Assembly (NCBI GenBank): GCA_965204755.1
Contig: OZ242011.1
Coordinates: 1,664,001 to 1,728,000, forward strand
Reading direction: 5' to 3'
From: Candidatus Marinacidobacterium sp.
GTDB taxonomy: Bacteria; Acidobacteriota; Vicinamibacteria; Marinacidobacterales; Marinacidobacteraceae
Length of the DNA: 64,000 bases
In this document: positions 1 to 9,745 of the stretch, in pieces
Numbering within the stretch: the first letter of the stretch is position 1
Layout of the letters: each line of letters starts with the position of its first letter
Notes under the pieces: generated by a model
The model's input: the letters and a program-made list of their open reading frames with translations, nothing else
The model's database searches: none
Told to the model about the DNA's origin: nothing
Made by a program: the position numbers and the translations under genes

Positions 1-290
1 GCCTTCACGGTGTAGTCCCGATGCGGCCCGGTGGCGGCGATCCCTTCCGCCACGATCTCCCGCATCCCCGGGTCCCGCGCCGCCTGCCAGGAGCAGGGCA
101 CGCTGTCGCGGCCTTCCTGCCCGGAGACGCGCGTCCACAGGAGCACCCGGTCGGTGAGCGGGTCGCCGCTCGCCACCCCGTGCGCGAAGACGCTCGACTG
201 GCCGAGCAGGGGGAACGGGCGGGCGAACGGCAGCGCGAGCCCGGTTCGCGCCGCCGCGCCCAAGAACTTCCGGCGCGGTACGGTCATCAT
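1..290 (-). CDS. phoD: PhoD-family alkaline phosphatase, N-terminal part (runs off window edge)
   Basis: Not in ORF track. Manual translation MMTVPRRKFLGAAA (Tat signal)...FAHGVASGDPLTDRVLLWTRV, the typical PhoD N-terminal motif. Confidence 0.85.
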   Translation of the reverse strand, partial: MMTVPRRKFLGAAARTGLALPFARPFPLLGQSSVFAHGVASGDPLTDRVLLWTRVSGQEGRDSVPCSWQAARDPGMREIVAEGIAATGPHRDYTVK

Positions 291-343
291 GGGCGCAACT
301 CTACGCGTTCCGGGTTTTTCCGCGCGAGCGGCGGCGTCGAGGG

Positions 344-1036
344 CTATTCGCCGCGGCGGTTCGGCCCGATCTCGATCTCGGTGACATGGAGGCTGAGCCC
401 GGCGCCGGCGCGGATCCCGATCACCCCGTCGAGCGGCAGCCGTTCCGCCGGCAGCGCCGCCATCCGGTCGCCGTTGACGAGGAACACCACTTCGTCCGCC
501 CGCGCGTCCACCGCCAGCACATTCTCGACCGGCCCCGCCGCATCCTCGGCGAGGGTGGCGATCCCCTCGTGCTCGGTCCACGGCGCCAGGTCGCGGCTGT
601 CGCCGCCGGAATGCTCGGCGACGCGGAACCGCCCGGCGCTGTCGATCTGGAAGGAGACGAACACCGGCGCGTCCCCTTCGAGATCCCGCCCGGCAAGGAA
701 GAGCCCGAACGGCGCATCGAGCCGCGCGGAACCGGACTCTTCCGGGTCCCCCTCCGGGAACAGGTAGATCGTGCTGCTGACCGAGTAGTTCCCCGACGCG
801 AAACTCCCCGGATCCCAGAACACGCCGCCGGGCCCGGCGAACACATGCCACCCCGGCCGCATCACCACGAACCGCCGCTCCTCGGTCGTCTGCGCGTCGT
901 CGTACCGCACCTTCCAGTGCGCGGGGCGTTCCAAGTTGTGTCCCGACTGCGCGGTGGCGAGTCTTGAAGCGTTGACAAGAGACAACACCGCTATCGCCAC
1001 ACCGGTCAACACGACGGAGCGGTTGGAGAACGACAT
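344..1036 (-). CDS. Secreted hypothetical protein
   Basis: Within ORF 344..1219; likely start MSFSNRSVVLTGVAIAVLSL (signal peptide) at 1036; beta-rich mature region. Confidence 0.65.
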   Translation of the reverse strand: MSFSNRSVVLTGVAIAVLSLVNASRLATAQSGHNLERPAHWKVRYDDAQTTEERRFVVMRPGWHVFAGPGGVFWDPGSFASGNYSVSSTIYLFPEGDPEESGSARLDAPFGLFLAGRDLEGDAPVFVSFQIDSAGRFRVAEHSGGDSRDLAPWTEHEGIATLAEDAAGPVENVLAVDARADEVVFLVNGDRMAALPAERLPLDGVIGIRAGAGLSLHVTEIEIGPNRRGE

Positions 1037-1067
1037 CCGAAATCTCACGCCCGCTTCGTCCTTCCGT

Positions 1068-2075
1068 TCACTTTTTCTTGGGGTGCAGGGGAGAGTCTTC
1101 CTTCGCCACCGACCGGAGAGTGTCTTCGAAGCCGGTACCGAGTATCCATCCCTCTTCCCCAGCCACCGCGTCTCGGTGATCTTCTCTGTGCAGACGCTTG
1201 AGAATAGCGTCCAAGTCAAACAGATCCTTCAACTTGCCTTGTGTGTCGAGATTCTTGAACGCACGCGCGTTCTCCAAGACTTGCGCACGATCCGGGATCG
1301 TGTCCCCGAGTCCCTTCGTTATGAGCGAGGGGTAGATTTCGGCGACGACGATGCGGGGTTGCGTCTTCGAGAGAGCCTGTAAGTCAAACGGCCAAACGGC
1401 GATGTGTTCGCCCAGGACCTCGTCCTGTCTCAGGCTCTCGAGCTGTGGAATGCCGACGAGAGATTGGGATCCGACAGAACCCGTGTAATGCAACTGCCAG
1501 ACAGTCTTGGCAGTTCCGACCCTAAGGTCAGAAAGGCGCTTTTCTCCGAAGGAACGTTCCGAGAAGTCAAACACCGGTTTGCCTGTCGAGACCTTCTCCT
1601 TTGGCGGGGTCGTCTCTCCTTTGGGTTTGTAGCGTCCCCAAAACGGTCCGAGATCAGCGTTGCCACTGATTGCCATGTTGATCTCTGCGGCGACAACAAA
1701 CCGGTTGTTGTCGTTCCTCCGGTCGTCTTCGACGCGCTTGTAGAGCCACTGCCACATCGCGATGGCGGGATTTGCGTCGGGCCCCGACCGGGGAAAGTCC
1801 GCGATTCCGCTCCGAAGGGTCTCAACGAAACCCCGCGGGTAGCCGAACGCGAAGTCGAAACCAGCCAGCACGCGCTGGCCGGCGCCCACGGCACGAACCA
1901 AGAGCTGCCGAATCGCATCGATCGCGTCGGACCGCGTGCGTTCGTACCGAACCTCGGGTCGCGTGCCTTCAGGACGGAGAGCCGCCCACCAGATGGCGTC
2001 GCGACTCTCCTTCACGGGCGAGGGCTTCTTGCGAGAGGACCAGTCCACCATCAGGTAGGTGTCGAACATCGACAT
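1068..2075 (-). CDS. DUF429-like / RNase H-fold predicted nuclease (family often mislabelled CbiG or molybdopterin-related)
   Basis: GGAGG RBS before ATG 2075; motifs MVDWS, GFDFAFGYP, AEIYPS, EEGWILG; visibly lower GC than flanks. Confidence 0.55.
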   Translation of the reverse strand: MSMFDTYLMVDWSSRKKPSPVKESRDAIWWAALRPEGTRPEVRYERTRSDAIDAIRQLLVRAVGAGQRVLAGFDFAFGYPRGFVETLRSGIADFPRSGPDANPAIAMWQWLYKRVEDDRRNDNNRFVVAAEINMAISGNADLGPFWGRYKPKGETTPPKEKVSTGKPVFDFSERSFGEKRLSDLRVGTAKTVWQLHYTGSVGSQSLVGIPQLESLRQDEVLGEHIAVWPFDLQALSKTQPRIVVAEIYPSLITKGLGDTIPDRAQVLENARAFKNLDTQGKLKDLFDLDAILKRLHREDHRDAVAGEEGWILGTGFEDTLRSVAKEDSPLHPKKK

Positions 2076-2119
2076 GTAGTGTGTTCCTCCTTGAGGATCG
2101 ATGGTAGTTGGCGGGAAGG

Positions 2120-4672
2120 TTACCGACTCGGCGGTGAGTCCGTCACCTCGCCCCGGGGCGAAGCGTTCTTCACATAGTGCTCCAGCCACCGGTGTTGCTC
2201 CCACAGCGTGTGCATCACCGACTCGCGCGCTGCGTAGCCGTGGCTCTCGTGGGGCAGCATCACCAGCCGCGCCACCGCCCCGTGCCCCTTCAGCGCGTGG
2301 TAGAAGCGGCGGCTCTGCAACGGAAAGGTCCCGGAGTTGTTGTCCGCGGCGCCGTGGATCAGCAGGATGGGCTCGTTCACCCGGTCGGCGTGCATGAACG
2401 GCGACATCCGGAAATACACCTCCGGCGCCTGCCAGAAAGTCCGCTGCTCGCTCTGGAACCCGAACGGCGTCAGCGTCCGGTTGAACGCGCCGCTGCGGGC
2501 GATCCCGGCGCGGAAGATGTCCGAGTGCGCCAGGAGGTTCGCCGTCATGAACGCCCCGTAGGAATGGCCGGCGATGGCGGCGCGGTCGGGATCGGCGACG
2601 CCGCGCCGCGCCGCTTCGTCCACCGCGGCCTGCCCGCTCGCCACCAACTGCTCCACATAACTGTCGTTCGGCTCTTCGTCGCCCTCGCCGATGATCGGCA
2701 TCGTGGCGTTCTCCATCACCGCGTAACCCTGCGTCAGCCAGTAGAGCGCCGAACCCCACCGCACGAAACTGAACCGCTGCGGCGAGTCGCGCACCTGCGC
2801 CGCCGCCGCCGCGCTCTTGTACTCCCGCGGATAGGCCCACACCAGCAGCGGCAGCCGCCCGTCACGCTCCCGGTCGTAACCCGGCGGCGTGTGGAGGAGC
2901 GCGGTCAACTCCACCCCGTCGCTGCGCGTGTAGCGGATGAGTTCCCGCCCGGCGCCTTCGAGGTCGGGATACGGATGGCCGAAGTCCGTGATGGCCCGCG
3001 CCTCGCCTTCACCGGAAGACAGGTCGCGCAAGTAGTAATTCGGCGCCGTCTCCCGCGTCTCCCGCCGCGTCAGCAGCAACCCGGAGTCGGCGTCGAGCAG
3101 CGACAGCGGGACCTCGAACGCGTCCGCCGACGACCGGAAGAGGCGCCGCGTTTCCCCGGTCTCCAGGTCCCACTCGTCCACGAACGGCCGGTTCCCCTCC
3201 GGAGAAGCGCCTTCCGCGGTCAGGTACGCCTTCGTCCCGTCCTCCGAAGTCAGCAGCACCCGCGCGCCGCGTTCGTTCCTCGTGGTCAGCGGCATTCCCG
3301 GCGCGGCGTAGCGATCCTCGTAGGAAGTGTCGTGCGCCAGCATCGGTTCGCCCGTCCCCGCCGGCGGCAGGCTCCATACCTGCTCGGAGCGATCCTGCCA
3401 CCACCGGGTGATCGCCACGCCGCGGCCGGAACCGAACAGCGCCTGCGTCAGCCGCAGCGGAACCTGCAGCGCCACGACCGCCTCGCCGTCGAACGGGGCG
3501 GCCAACTGCATGAGTTCGTCGCGCACCGACGCCTCGGCGTAGGGGTCGCCGCCGTCGCGCGCCTCCGTCCATACCAGCGTGGCGTCTTCGTCGCCGCGCC
3601 AGCCGACCGCGCGCGGCCCGACGGGCGCGGAGTCCCGGCCGATCGGGATCTCTTCCATCAGCGGCAGGTCGGCGAGTTCGTGGACGACCTCGCCGCTCCG
3701 GTCGCGCACTTCGATCCGCTGCGGGAAACGCGAATACGGCACGATGTAGGAGAACGGCTCGTGGATCGTCGTAACCAGCAGGAAACGTCCGTCCGGCGAC
3801 GGAACCGCGTCCCGGACGATCGCCGGCCCGGCGATCTCGGTCGCGTGTCCGTTCAGATCGACCGTAACCACCCGCGCCGTCCCGTGCGCCACGAAGAGTT
3901 CTTCGTCGCGCGGGCCGGTGAGCAGGTCCTGGTAGGTGCGCGCCGGCGCCGCCCGCCCGGTGGTTTCCTGGATCACCGGGGAGATCGGGAGCGGGTCCGA
4001 GTGGTCGCGCAGCCGGTCGTCCGCGGTGCGGGCCGCGAGTCCGGCGGCGCCGGGCAGGAACCGGGAAACGGTCCGCGCCACGCCGGCGACCTCCGCCATC
4101 GCGCCCTCGGCGACCGCCGCCCGCGTCACGAATCCGGAACCGTCGGGAAGCCAGTGGTAAGGCGAGTCGCGGAACATCGCCCGCACTCCGGCGAGCACCC
4201 GCCGCGCCTCCCCGCCGCCGGACTCCGCGACCCACAGTTCGACGCCGTCGTCGCGGGTATGGGTGAACGCGAACCGGGCGCCGTCCGGCGACCAGGAGAA
4301 GTGGTCACCGCGCAGCGGCTCCGGCAGGCCCGCGAGCGGGAGTTCGGCGCCGTCGGCGAGCCGCTTCAGCGTGATCCCGTCCCAGGTGCGGCGCCGGCTC
4401 GCGGCGCTCGTGGCCGGGTCCAGCCGCAGCCCGGCGATGCGGAGTTCCGGCTTCGCCAGTTCCCGGAGCGGGAGCAGGCTGGCGCGGTGCAGCAGCGCGG
4501 CGTGGGCGGCGCCGGGAGCGACGGTGATGCCCGGCGTCGGCGGCGCTTCCGCGATGCGGGCGATCGCCTCCGGCGGCGTCCGGTACCCGGTCTGCGCGAG
4601 CCCCGGAGCGGCGGCGAACAGCGCGGCGCCGGCGAACGCGGCGCCCGCGCGGGGAAGAAGGAATCGGCTCAT
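2120..4672 (-). CDS. S9-family prolyl oligopeptidase-like (glutamyl endopeptidase-type) peptidase, secreted
   Basis: Signal peptide MSRFLLPRAG...GLAQ; nucleophile GHSYGA; catalytic D (DNNSGT) and H (HESHGY). Confidence 0.9.
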   Translation of the reverse strand: MSRFLLPRAGAAFAGAALFAAAPGLAQTGYRTPPEAIARIAEAPPTPGITVAPGAAHAALLHRASLLPLRELAKPELRIAGLRLDPATSAASRRRTWDGITLKRLADGAELPLAGLPEPLRGDHFSWSPDGARFAFTHTRDDGVELWVAESGGGEARRVLAGVRAMFRDSPYHWLPDGSGFVTRAAVAEGAMAEVAGVARTVSRFLPGAAGLAARTADDRLRDHSDPLPISPVIQETTGRAAPARTYQDLLTGPRDEELFVAHGTARVVTVDLNGHATEIAGPAIVRDAVPSPDGRFLLVTTIHEPFSYIVPYSRFPQRIEVRDRSGEVVHELADLPLMEEIPIGRDSAPVGPRAVGWRGDEDATLVWTEARDGGDPYAEASVRDELMQLAAPFDGEAVVALQVPLRLTQALFGSGRGVAITRWWQDRSEQVWSLPPAGTGEPMLAHDTSYEDRYAAPGMPLTTRNERGARVLLTSEDGTKAYLTAEGASPEGNRPFVDEWDLETGETRRLFRSSADAFEVPLSLLDADSGLLLTRRETRETAPNYYLRDLSSGEGEARAITDFGHPYPDLEGAGRELIRYTRSDGVELTALLHTPPGYDRERDGRLPLLVWAYPREYKSAAAAAQVRDSPQRFSFVRWGSALYWLTQGYAVMENATMPIIGEGDEEPNDSYVEQLVASGQAAVDEAARRGVADPDRAAIAGHSYGAFMTANLLAHSDIFRAGIARSGAFNRTLTPFGFQSEQRTFWQAPEVYFRMSPFMHADRVNEPILLIHGAADNNSGTFPLQSRRFYHALKGHGAVARLVMLPHESHGYAARESVMHTLWEQHRWLEHYVKNASPRGEVTDSPPSR

Positions 4673-4838
4673 CGGACTCTCCCGTGGTGATCTCCGTTCG
4701 GAGGGGCCGGCCATCGTATCCGCCCGGCGCCGGGCGGCGCGAATACGATCCCCGACCCCGGCCGGCGTTCGCGGCGCGGCGCGGCGTCCACCCCCGCCCG
4801 GCCCGCCGCCGGATCGGCCTCCGCCGAGGACTCGCCAC

Positions 4839-6440
4839 ATGCGCCCCGAATCCCGCTCCACTCCGCCGCTGCCGAACGCCGGCGCCCTCCGCCGCGCGGC
4901 CCCGGTCGCCGGACTGCTCGCCCTCGCCCTCGCCTGCGGCGGCGCCGCGCCGGAACCCGAACCCGAACCGGCCGCCGAAGCGCCGGTCCGCACCGCGGAT
5001 CCGTTCGCCCGAGGGCTCACCGAGGCCGACTTCCCCCGCACCCGGGAACTCGCGCCCGGCGTCCATTCCTACGAACAACTGCGCGCCGCCGGGGAGGAGT
5101 TGTTCACCACGGTCAGCCTGTTCGTGGTCACCGACGCCGGCGTCCTCGTCGCCGACGGGCAGGGAAACTTCGAGGAAACCGCCCGGCTGGTGGCCGAGAT
5201 CGGCGCGATCACCGACCGGCCCATCACCCATGTCGTCGTCGCTTCCGACCACGGCGACCACACCGCCGGGAACGCGGCGTTCCCCGAAGGCGTGGAATTC
5301 ATCGTCCACGAGAACTCCGTCCCGGCGATGGAGGCGCTCGGCGAACGCATCCCCGACCTGCCGATGCCGCAGACGGTGATCGGCGACGCGCACGACCTCG
5401 ACCTCGCCGGCCGCCGCATCGAGATCCGGTTCCTCGGCCGCGCCCATACCGGCGGCGACCTCGTGGTCCACCTCCCGGTGGAGGGCGTCCTGTTCCTGAC
5501 CGAGGCCTACCTCCACCGGATCTTCCCCGCGATGCGGTCGGCGTATCCGTCGGAGTGGGTCGCGATGCTGCGCCGCGCGCAGGCGCTCGACGCCGAGTGG
5601 AACATCCCCGGCCACGGTTTCGTGGACGACCCGGAAGTCCTGCGCGAAGAACTCGGCGCCGCCGTCGCCGCGCTGGAGACCGTGATCGCCGAAGCCACCC
5701 GCCTCCACGGCATGGGCCTCAGCCTCGAAGAGGCGGAGCAGCAGGCGGACTTCGGCGACCTCGAGACCTGGTCGCTCCGCGACAGCCAGCGCGCCGGCGC
5801 CATCGCCCGCGTCTATATGGAGTTGAACGGCGAACTCCCCGACTCGCCGTCACGCGGCCCGGGAGCGCCGGTATCCTCCGCTTCCCCCGCCTCTTCTTCC
5901 GAAACCCGAGACACCCGAACACCGGAGGGCCGACCGATGACCGCACCTGACAACGCCAACCCGACCCGCGCCGCCGACGGGGAGACCCCCGAGAGCGTCG
6001 TGGCGGCGCTGTACGCCTCCGTTACCGGCCCGGCCGGCGCGGAGAGGGACTGGGCGCGGTTCCGGTCGCTCTTCGCGCCGGGCGCCCGGCTGATGATGGT
6101 CCTCCCCGGCGAGGACGGCCGCAACACCGTGAGGCGCCTCACCCCGGAGGAGTACGAGTCCGAAGCGATGGAACACCGCGCGTTCGACGGCGGCTTCTTC
6201 GAGTACGAGACCGGCGGCGTCTCCGAAGCGCACGGCGCCATCGCGCACCGTTTCGGCAGTTACGCCGTCTATCGCTCGAAGGACGACGAAGAACCGCTGG
6301 GCCGGGGCCTCACCACCTCCCAGTTCGTCCACGACGGGGAGCGCTGGCGCCTGCTCTCGTTCCTCTGGCAGGACATCGCCCCCGGCGACCCGCTCCCCGC
6401 CCGCTACCTGGACACCCCGCCGGCCGCGGACCCGCGCTGA
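4839..6440 (+). CDS. MBL-fold metallo-hydrolase lipoprotein fused in frame to an NTF2/SnoaL-like domain
   Basis: Lipobox ALAC; SDHGDHTAGN, AHTGGD and PGHG motifs; second domain begins at internal ATG 5937 with its own GGAGG. Confidence 0.75.
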   Translation: MRPESRSTPPLPNAGALRRAAPVAGLLALALACGGAAPEPEPEPAAEAPVRTADPFARGLTEADFPRTRELAPGVHSYEQLRAAGEELFTTVSLFVVTDAGVLVADGQGNFEETARLVAEIGAITDRPITHVVVASDHGDHTAGNAAFPEGVEFIVHENSVPAMEALGERIPDLPMPQTVIGDAHDLDLAGRRIEIRFLGRAHTGGDLVVHLPVEGVLFLTEAYLHRIFPAMRSAYPSEWVAMLRRAQALDAEWNIPGHGFVDDPEVLREELGAAVAALETVIAEATRLHGMGLSLEEAEQQADFGDLETWSLRDSQRAGAIARVYMELNGELPDSPSRGPGAPVSSASPASSSETRDTRTPEGRPMTAPDNANPTRAADGETPESVVAALYASVTGPAGAERDWARFRSLFAPGARLMMVLPGEDGRNTVRRLTPEEYESEAMEHRAFDGGFFEYETGGVSEAHGAIAHRFGSYAVYRSKDDEEPLGRGLTTSQFVHDGERWRLLSFLWQDIAPGDPLPARYLDTPPAADPR

Positions 6441-6464
6441 GGACCACCCTCGGGGCGGCTCCGC

Positions 6465-6908
6465 TCACTCGATTCGGCAGGCGTCCCGCGTCAGCAGTCT
6501 CTTGTTTCTCGCGCCGGAGTAGATCTTGCCTCGCGGTTCTCCGAGGATCTTCCGGTTCTTGAAGTCGGCGATCAGATCTGCGTCACCGCTGTACAACAAG
6601 CGCGCTCCGCTCACCTTGGCGAGAGCGAGCACATGAGTGTCGTTCGATCGGGTGACACCCTCCGACTTCAGTCTGCGCACTTCGTCCTCTACCTGCTCGT
6701 CGGGAACTCTGCTCGCCTGTCCGGCCCGCGAATATTCCAAGAGTCGGCTCTTCGCGGCCCGATACAGTTCGTCTGCGAATGCGCCGCCCGTTGAGAACGC
6801 CAAGTTGCCCCACCCTCTTCGCAGCCACCGATGAATCGGCGCCGCATCGGGAGTTTCCGGCTTCGCCAAGAAATCGCCCAAGCGGTTCGTATCCACGATC
6901 ATGCACAT
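6465..6908 (-). CDS. PIN-domain protein (putative ribonuclease)
   Basis: IVDTN start, NDTHVLALA and YSGDADL acidic PIN motifs; 10 bp downstream of the ATPase gene. Confidence 0.75.
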   Translation of the reverse strand: MCMIVDTNRLGDFLAKPETPDAAPIHRWLRRGWGNLAFSTGGAFADELYRAAKSRLLEYSRAGQASRVPDEQVEDEVRRLKSEGVTRSNDTHVLALAKVSGARLLYSGDADLIADFKNRKILGEPRGKIYSGARNKRLLTRDACRIE

Positions 6909-6918
6909 GATGGGGCGC

Positions 6919-8265
6919 TCAGCTTCCGAAACCGAGCACCAGGTCGGTCTCGCGCAGGAAGAAGTCTCGGTATCCGGCAGGGGCGTTCCGGATGTTTCCG
7001 TAATCGTCCAACCGAAGGTCGTGGATCTTCACCGCGTTCTTCTTCGGCTCGAAATAGAGGATGGACACATCGTTGGCGCTGATCAACTTCTTCCGCACGG
7101 ACACACGGATCCGATCCACGATGTAGTCGCTGTGAGTCTCAACGAAGAAGCGGTGGCGCCGACTGCGTACCGAGTTGACGAAGAAGGTCCCGAGTTCCGC
7201 TTGGCCTCGGGGGTGCAGATGCACCTCCGGCTGCTGCATCAGGAACAGGGACGGCTGACGATGACGGGTTCGCCGCGCCAACCCTCCGTTGACTCCCGGC
7301 GCCAGGAGTTCGACCAAGATGGGAAGACTCTGGCTCACGCCATAGCCCACATCCATGAGGTTTGCATGCGAGCCGGAATGCGCCTTGACTTGCAATTGGA
7401 AGGGATCACTGATCTGCTTTCCGTGACGCTTCACGCGGATGTCGGAGAACAGCCCGGCCGCTCGTCCGAATTCAACGAGATCTCTCTGGAGTTCGGCCCA
7501 CGCCGGGCCTTCCGAGTGGTCAAGGCGCATCATGAGCATCGGGATGTGCTCGCCCTCGGGCGTAGCGGCTTCCCGGATGGGATCGTAAGTCCGACGCGGT
7601 TTGGCTCGAAGCGGGGCGACCGGTACCAAAGGAAGGCCGGGTGACAGGTTGTCGAGAACAGTCCGGCGACGGCCGTCGGAGGGCTTCGTCAACCGCCGAA
7701 CGAACTCGGTGACAGGTCGGATATCGGGATAGCGTCGCTCGAGGGGATCGCCCACATCCGATACGAAGAAGGGCAGTGTCGCGAGCGAGAACGGGAGGTC
7801 GGTTTCAGCTCGATGGCCGTCAATGGCGACGATCGTGCCATCTTGGGCGTCAGGTCGGAACTCCAGGAATCCTTCGGAACCGAATTCGTAGCGCCAAGAC
7901 ATCAGGGTCGGTTGGGATCCTTCCTCTCGGAAGGTGGCGACGACTCGATACGGCCGTGCTATCCCGTCGGCCGCGCTGGGCATTCCGAAGCCGATCCTGA
8001 ACTCGCGGATGCGCCCGGCGCTGCCGCGACGGGAACGAACGATGTCCCGGAACGAGCCCATCGAGAACGGTTCGAGATTGAAGTCGACCGGAGGCGCACC
8101 GAAGTGCGCTTCCAGCATTCGGTGCAGTGCGCTGTAACAGCCGAGGAAGGTGGTTTTCCCCGTGCTGTTTTCTCCCACGAGAAGGGTGATCGGGCTCAGG
8201 CGTGCCCGTTGAACACCCTGGAAGCACCGAACATCTTCCAGAAGGAGTTCTGTCGGTGGGGACAT
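6919..8265 (-). CDS. ABC-type ATPase (AAA_21 / DUF3696-like)
   Basis: Walker A GENSTGKT, signature VGYGVSQ, Walker B region MQQPEVHLHP, H-loop VETHS. Confidence 0.85.
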   Translation of the reverse strand: MSPPTELLLEDVRCFQGVQRARLSPITLLVGENSTGKTTFLGCYSALHRMLEAHFGAPPVDFNLEPFSMGSFRDIVRSRRGSAGRIREFRIGFGMPSAADGIARPYRVVATFREEGSQPTLMSWRYEFGSEGFLEFRPDAQDGTIVAIDGHRAETDLPFSLATLPFFVSDVGDPLERRYPDIRPVTEFVRRLTKPSDGRRRTVLDNLSPGLPLVPVAPLRAKPRRTYDPIREAATPEGEHIPMLMMRLDHSEGPAWAELQRDLVEFGRAAGLFSDIRVKRHGKQISDPFQLQVKAHSGSHANLMDVGYGVSQSLPILVELLAPGVNGGLARRTRHRQPSLFLMQQPEVHLHPRGQAELGTFFVNSVRSRRHRFFVETHSDYIVDRIRVSVRKKLISANDVSILYFEPKKNAVKIHDLRLDDYGNIRNAPAGYRDFFLRETDLVLGFGS

Positions 8266-8465
8266 GACGCCTACGATATCTTGAGGACGGGCTACAGCCG
8301 GTGAGGAGAGTCGAGGAGCGGGACGCAGCGGCCGCTCGGTGGAACCGGGAGGTTACCGAATCGGCGTCGTCGGCGCGACTGACGGATCGGCGTCGGTCGG
8401 GCCCGCACGCGGGAGTGGCCGACCGCAGCGGCGCGGCTCGTCCGGAGCGCCCGTGGCATTCGTCC

Positions 8466-9683
8466 CTACCCCAGCAATCCCAAAACCCGCGCCAGTTGGC
8501 GGACCGACAGGCCGGAGATCACCAGCACCACGATGACGCCCAGCACATTGGCGAGCCGGGAGTTGCAGTACTTCCCCATGATCCGTTCGCGGTTCACGAC
8601 GATCAGCAGCAGCACCAGCGTGAGCGGCAGGACGATGCCGTTCCCGGCCTGCGCGAGCAGGATCACCTGGTAAGGCGACGCGCCGAGCGTCACGCCGCAG
8701 ACGATCCCGGTCAGCAGCACGAACGCCCACAGCATCCGGAACCGGGGGCTCTTGAGGTCCGAGCCCCAACCGAGCGCGCCGGAGGCGGCGTAGGCCCCGG
8801 CGAGCGGCGCGGTGATCGCGGAAGTCAGCCCCGCCGCGAACAGCCCCAACCCGAAGAACAGCGGCGCCGCGCGGCCGAGCAGCGGTTCGAGGCGCTGCGC
8901 CACCGTCGCCGCGTCGGCGGCTTCCGCTCCCTGCCCGAGCAGCGGCGAAGCGGACACCACCACCGCCGCCGTGATCAGGCCGCCGAGCGCCACCGAGAAC
9001 ACCGTGTCCGAACGGCTCTCGCGGATGTTGTCGTCGTTCTTGGACGCGTCCGGCCAGCGCTCCATCGTGGTGCTGGCGTGGAGGAACAGGTTGTAGGACA
9101 CCACCGTCGTCCCGATGAGCGCGAGTACCGGCAGGAGCGCGCCGTCGGGAATGCTCGGGATGAACAGCCCGGACAGCAGGTCGCCGGGCGACGGGAAGGT
9201 CAGCACCGCGACCAGCAGGAAGACGATGCTCATCAACCCGACCAGCGCCACGAGCACATTCTGGATGGCCTTGTAGGTGCCGGTGAGCAGCAGCGCCCCG
9301 GCGAAACCGCCCACGACCAGCACCAGGACCTCCTGCGGGAGCCCGCTCAGCAGGCTGACGCCGAGCGACGCGCCGAGCAGGTTGCCGGTCTGGAAGGCGG
9401 CGTTCCCGACGAGGATGGTTACCGCGATCAAACCCAGCACGATCACCCGCGCCGTGGGATCCGCCAGACTGTCGCGGATCGCCTCGGCGAGGCCGCGCCG
9501 TCCGGCGAGTCCCACCCGCGCCGCCATGTCCTGCAGGATCATGGTGGCGATCACCGAGAAGAGGACCGCCCACAGCAGCGCGGTGCCGTAACCGGCGCCG
9601 GCGCGGCTGGCGGTGACGATCGTCCCCGGCCCGATGAAGGCGGCGGTGACCAGGAAGCCGGGGCCGACTCGAAACTTGCTCAT
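8466..9683 (-). CDS. NRAMP-family divalent metal (Mn/Fe) transporter
   Basis: GPGFLVTAAFIGPGT, GTTVVSYNLFLH; multiple hydrophobic helices; GGAGG-like RBS. Confidence 0.85.
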   Translation of the reverse strand: MSKFRVGPGFLVTAAFIGPGTIVTASRAGAGYGTALLWAVLFSVIATMILQDMAARVGLAGRRGLAEAIRDSLADPTARVIVLGLIAVTILVGNAAFQTGNLLGASLGVSLLSGLPQEVLVLVVGGFAGALLLTGTYKAIQNVLVALVGLMSIVFLLVAVLTFPSPGDLLSGLFIPSIPDGALLPVLALIGTTVVSYNLFLHASTTMERWPDASKNDDNIRESRSDTVFSVALGGLITAAVVVSASPLLGQGAEAADAATVAQRLEPLLGRAAPLFFGLGLFAAGLTSAITAPLAGAYAASGALGWGSDLKSPRFRMLWAFVLLTGIVCGVTLGASPYQVILLAQAGNGIVLPLTLVLLLIVVNRERIMGKYCNSRLANVLGVIVVLVISGLSVRQLARVLGLLG

Positions 9684-9745
9684 GGAGGGGTCCTCCCGTG
9701 CCTATGTTGACAGGCGGGGTTGACAGGCGGGGCCGGTGGGGGCGG

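Noticed and set aside
1068-2075. Cobalamin or molybdopterin biosynthesis enzyme
   Set aside because: No pathway context; motifs fit a DUF429-like fold better
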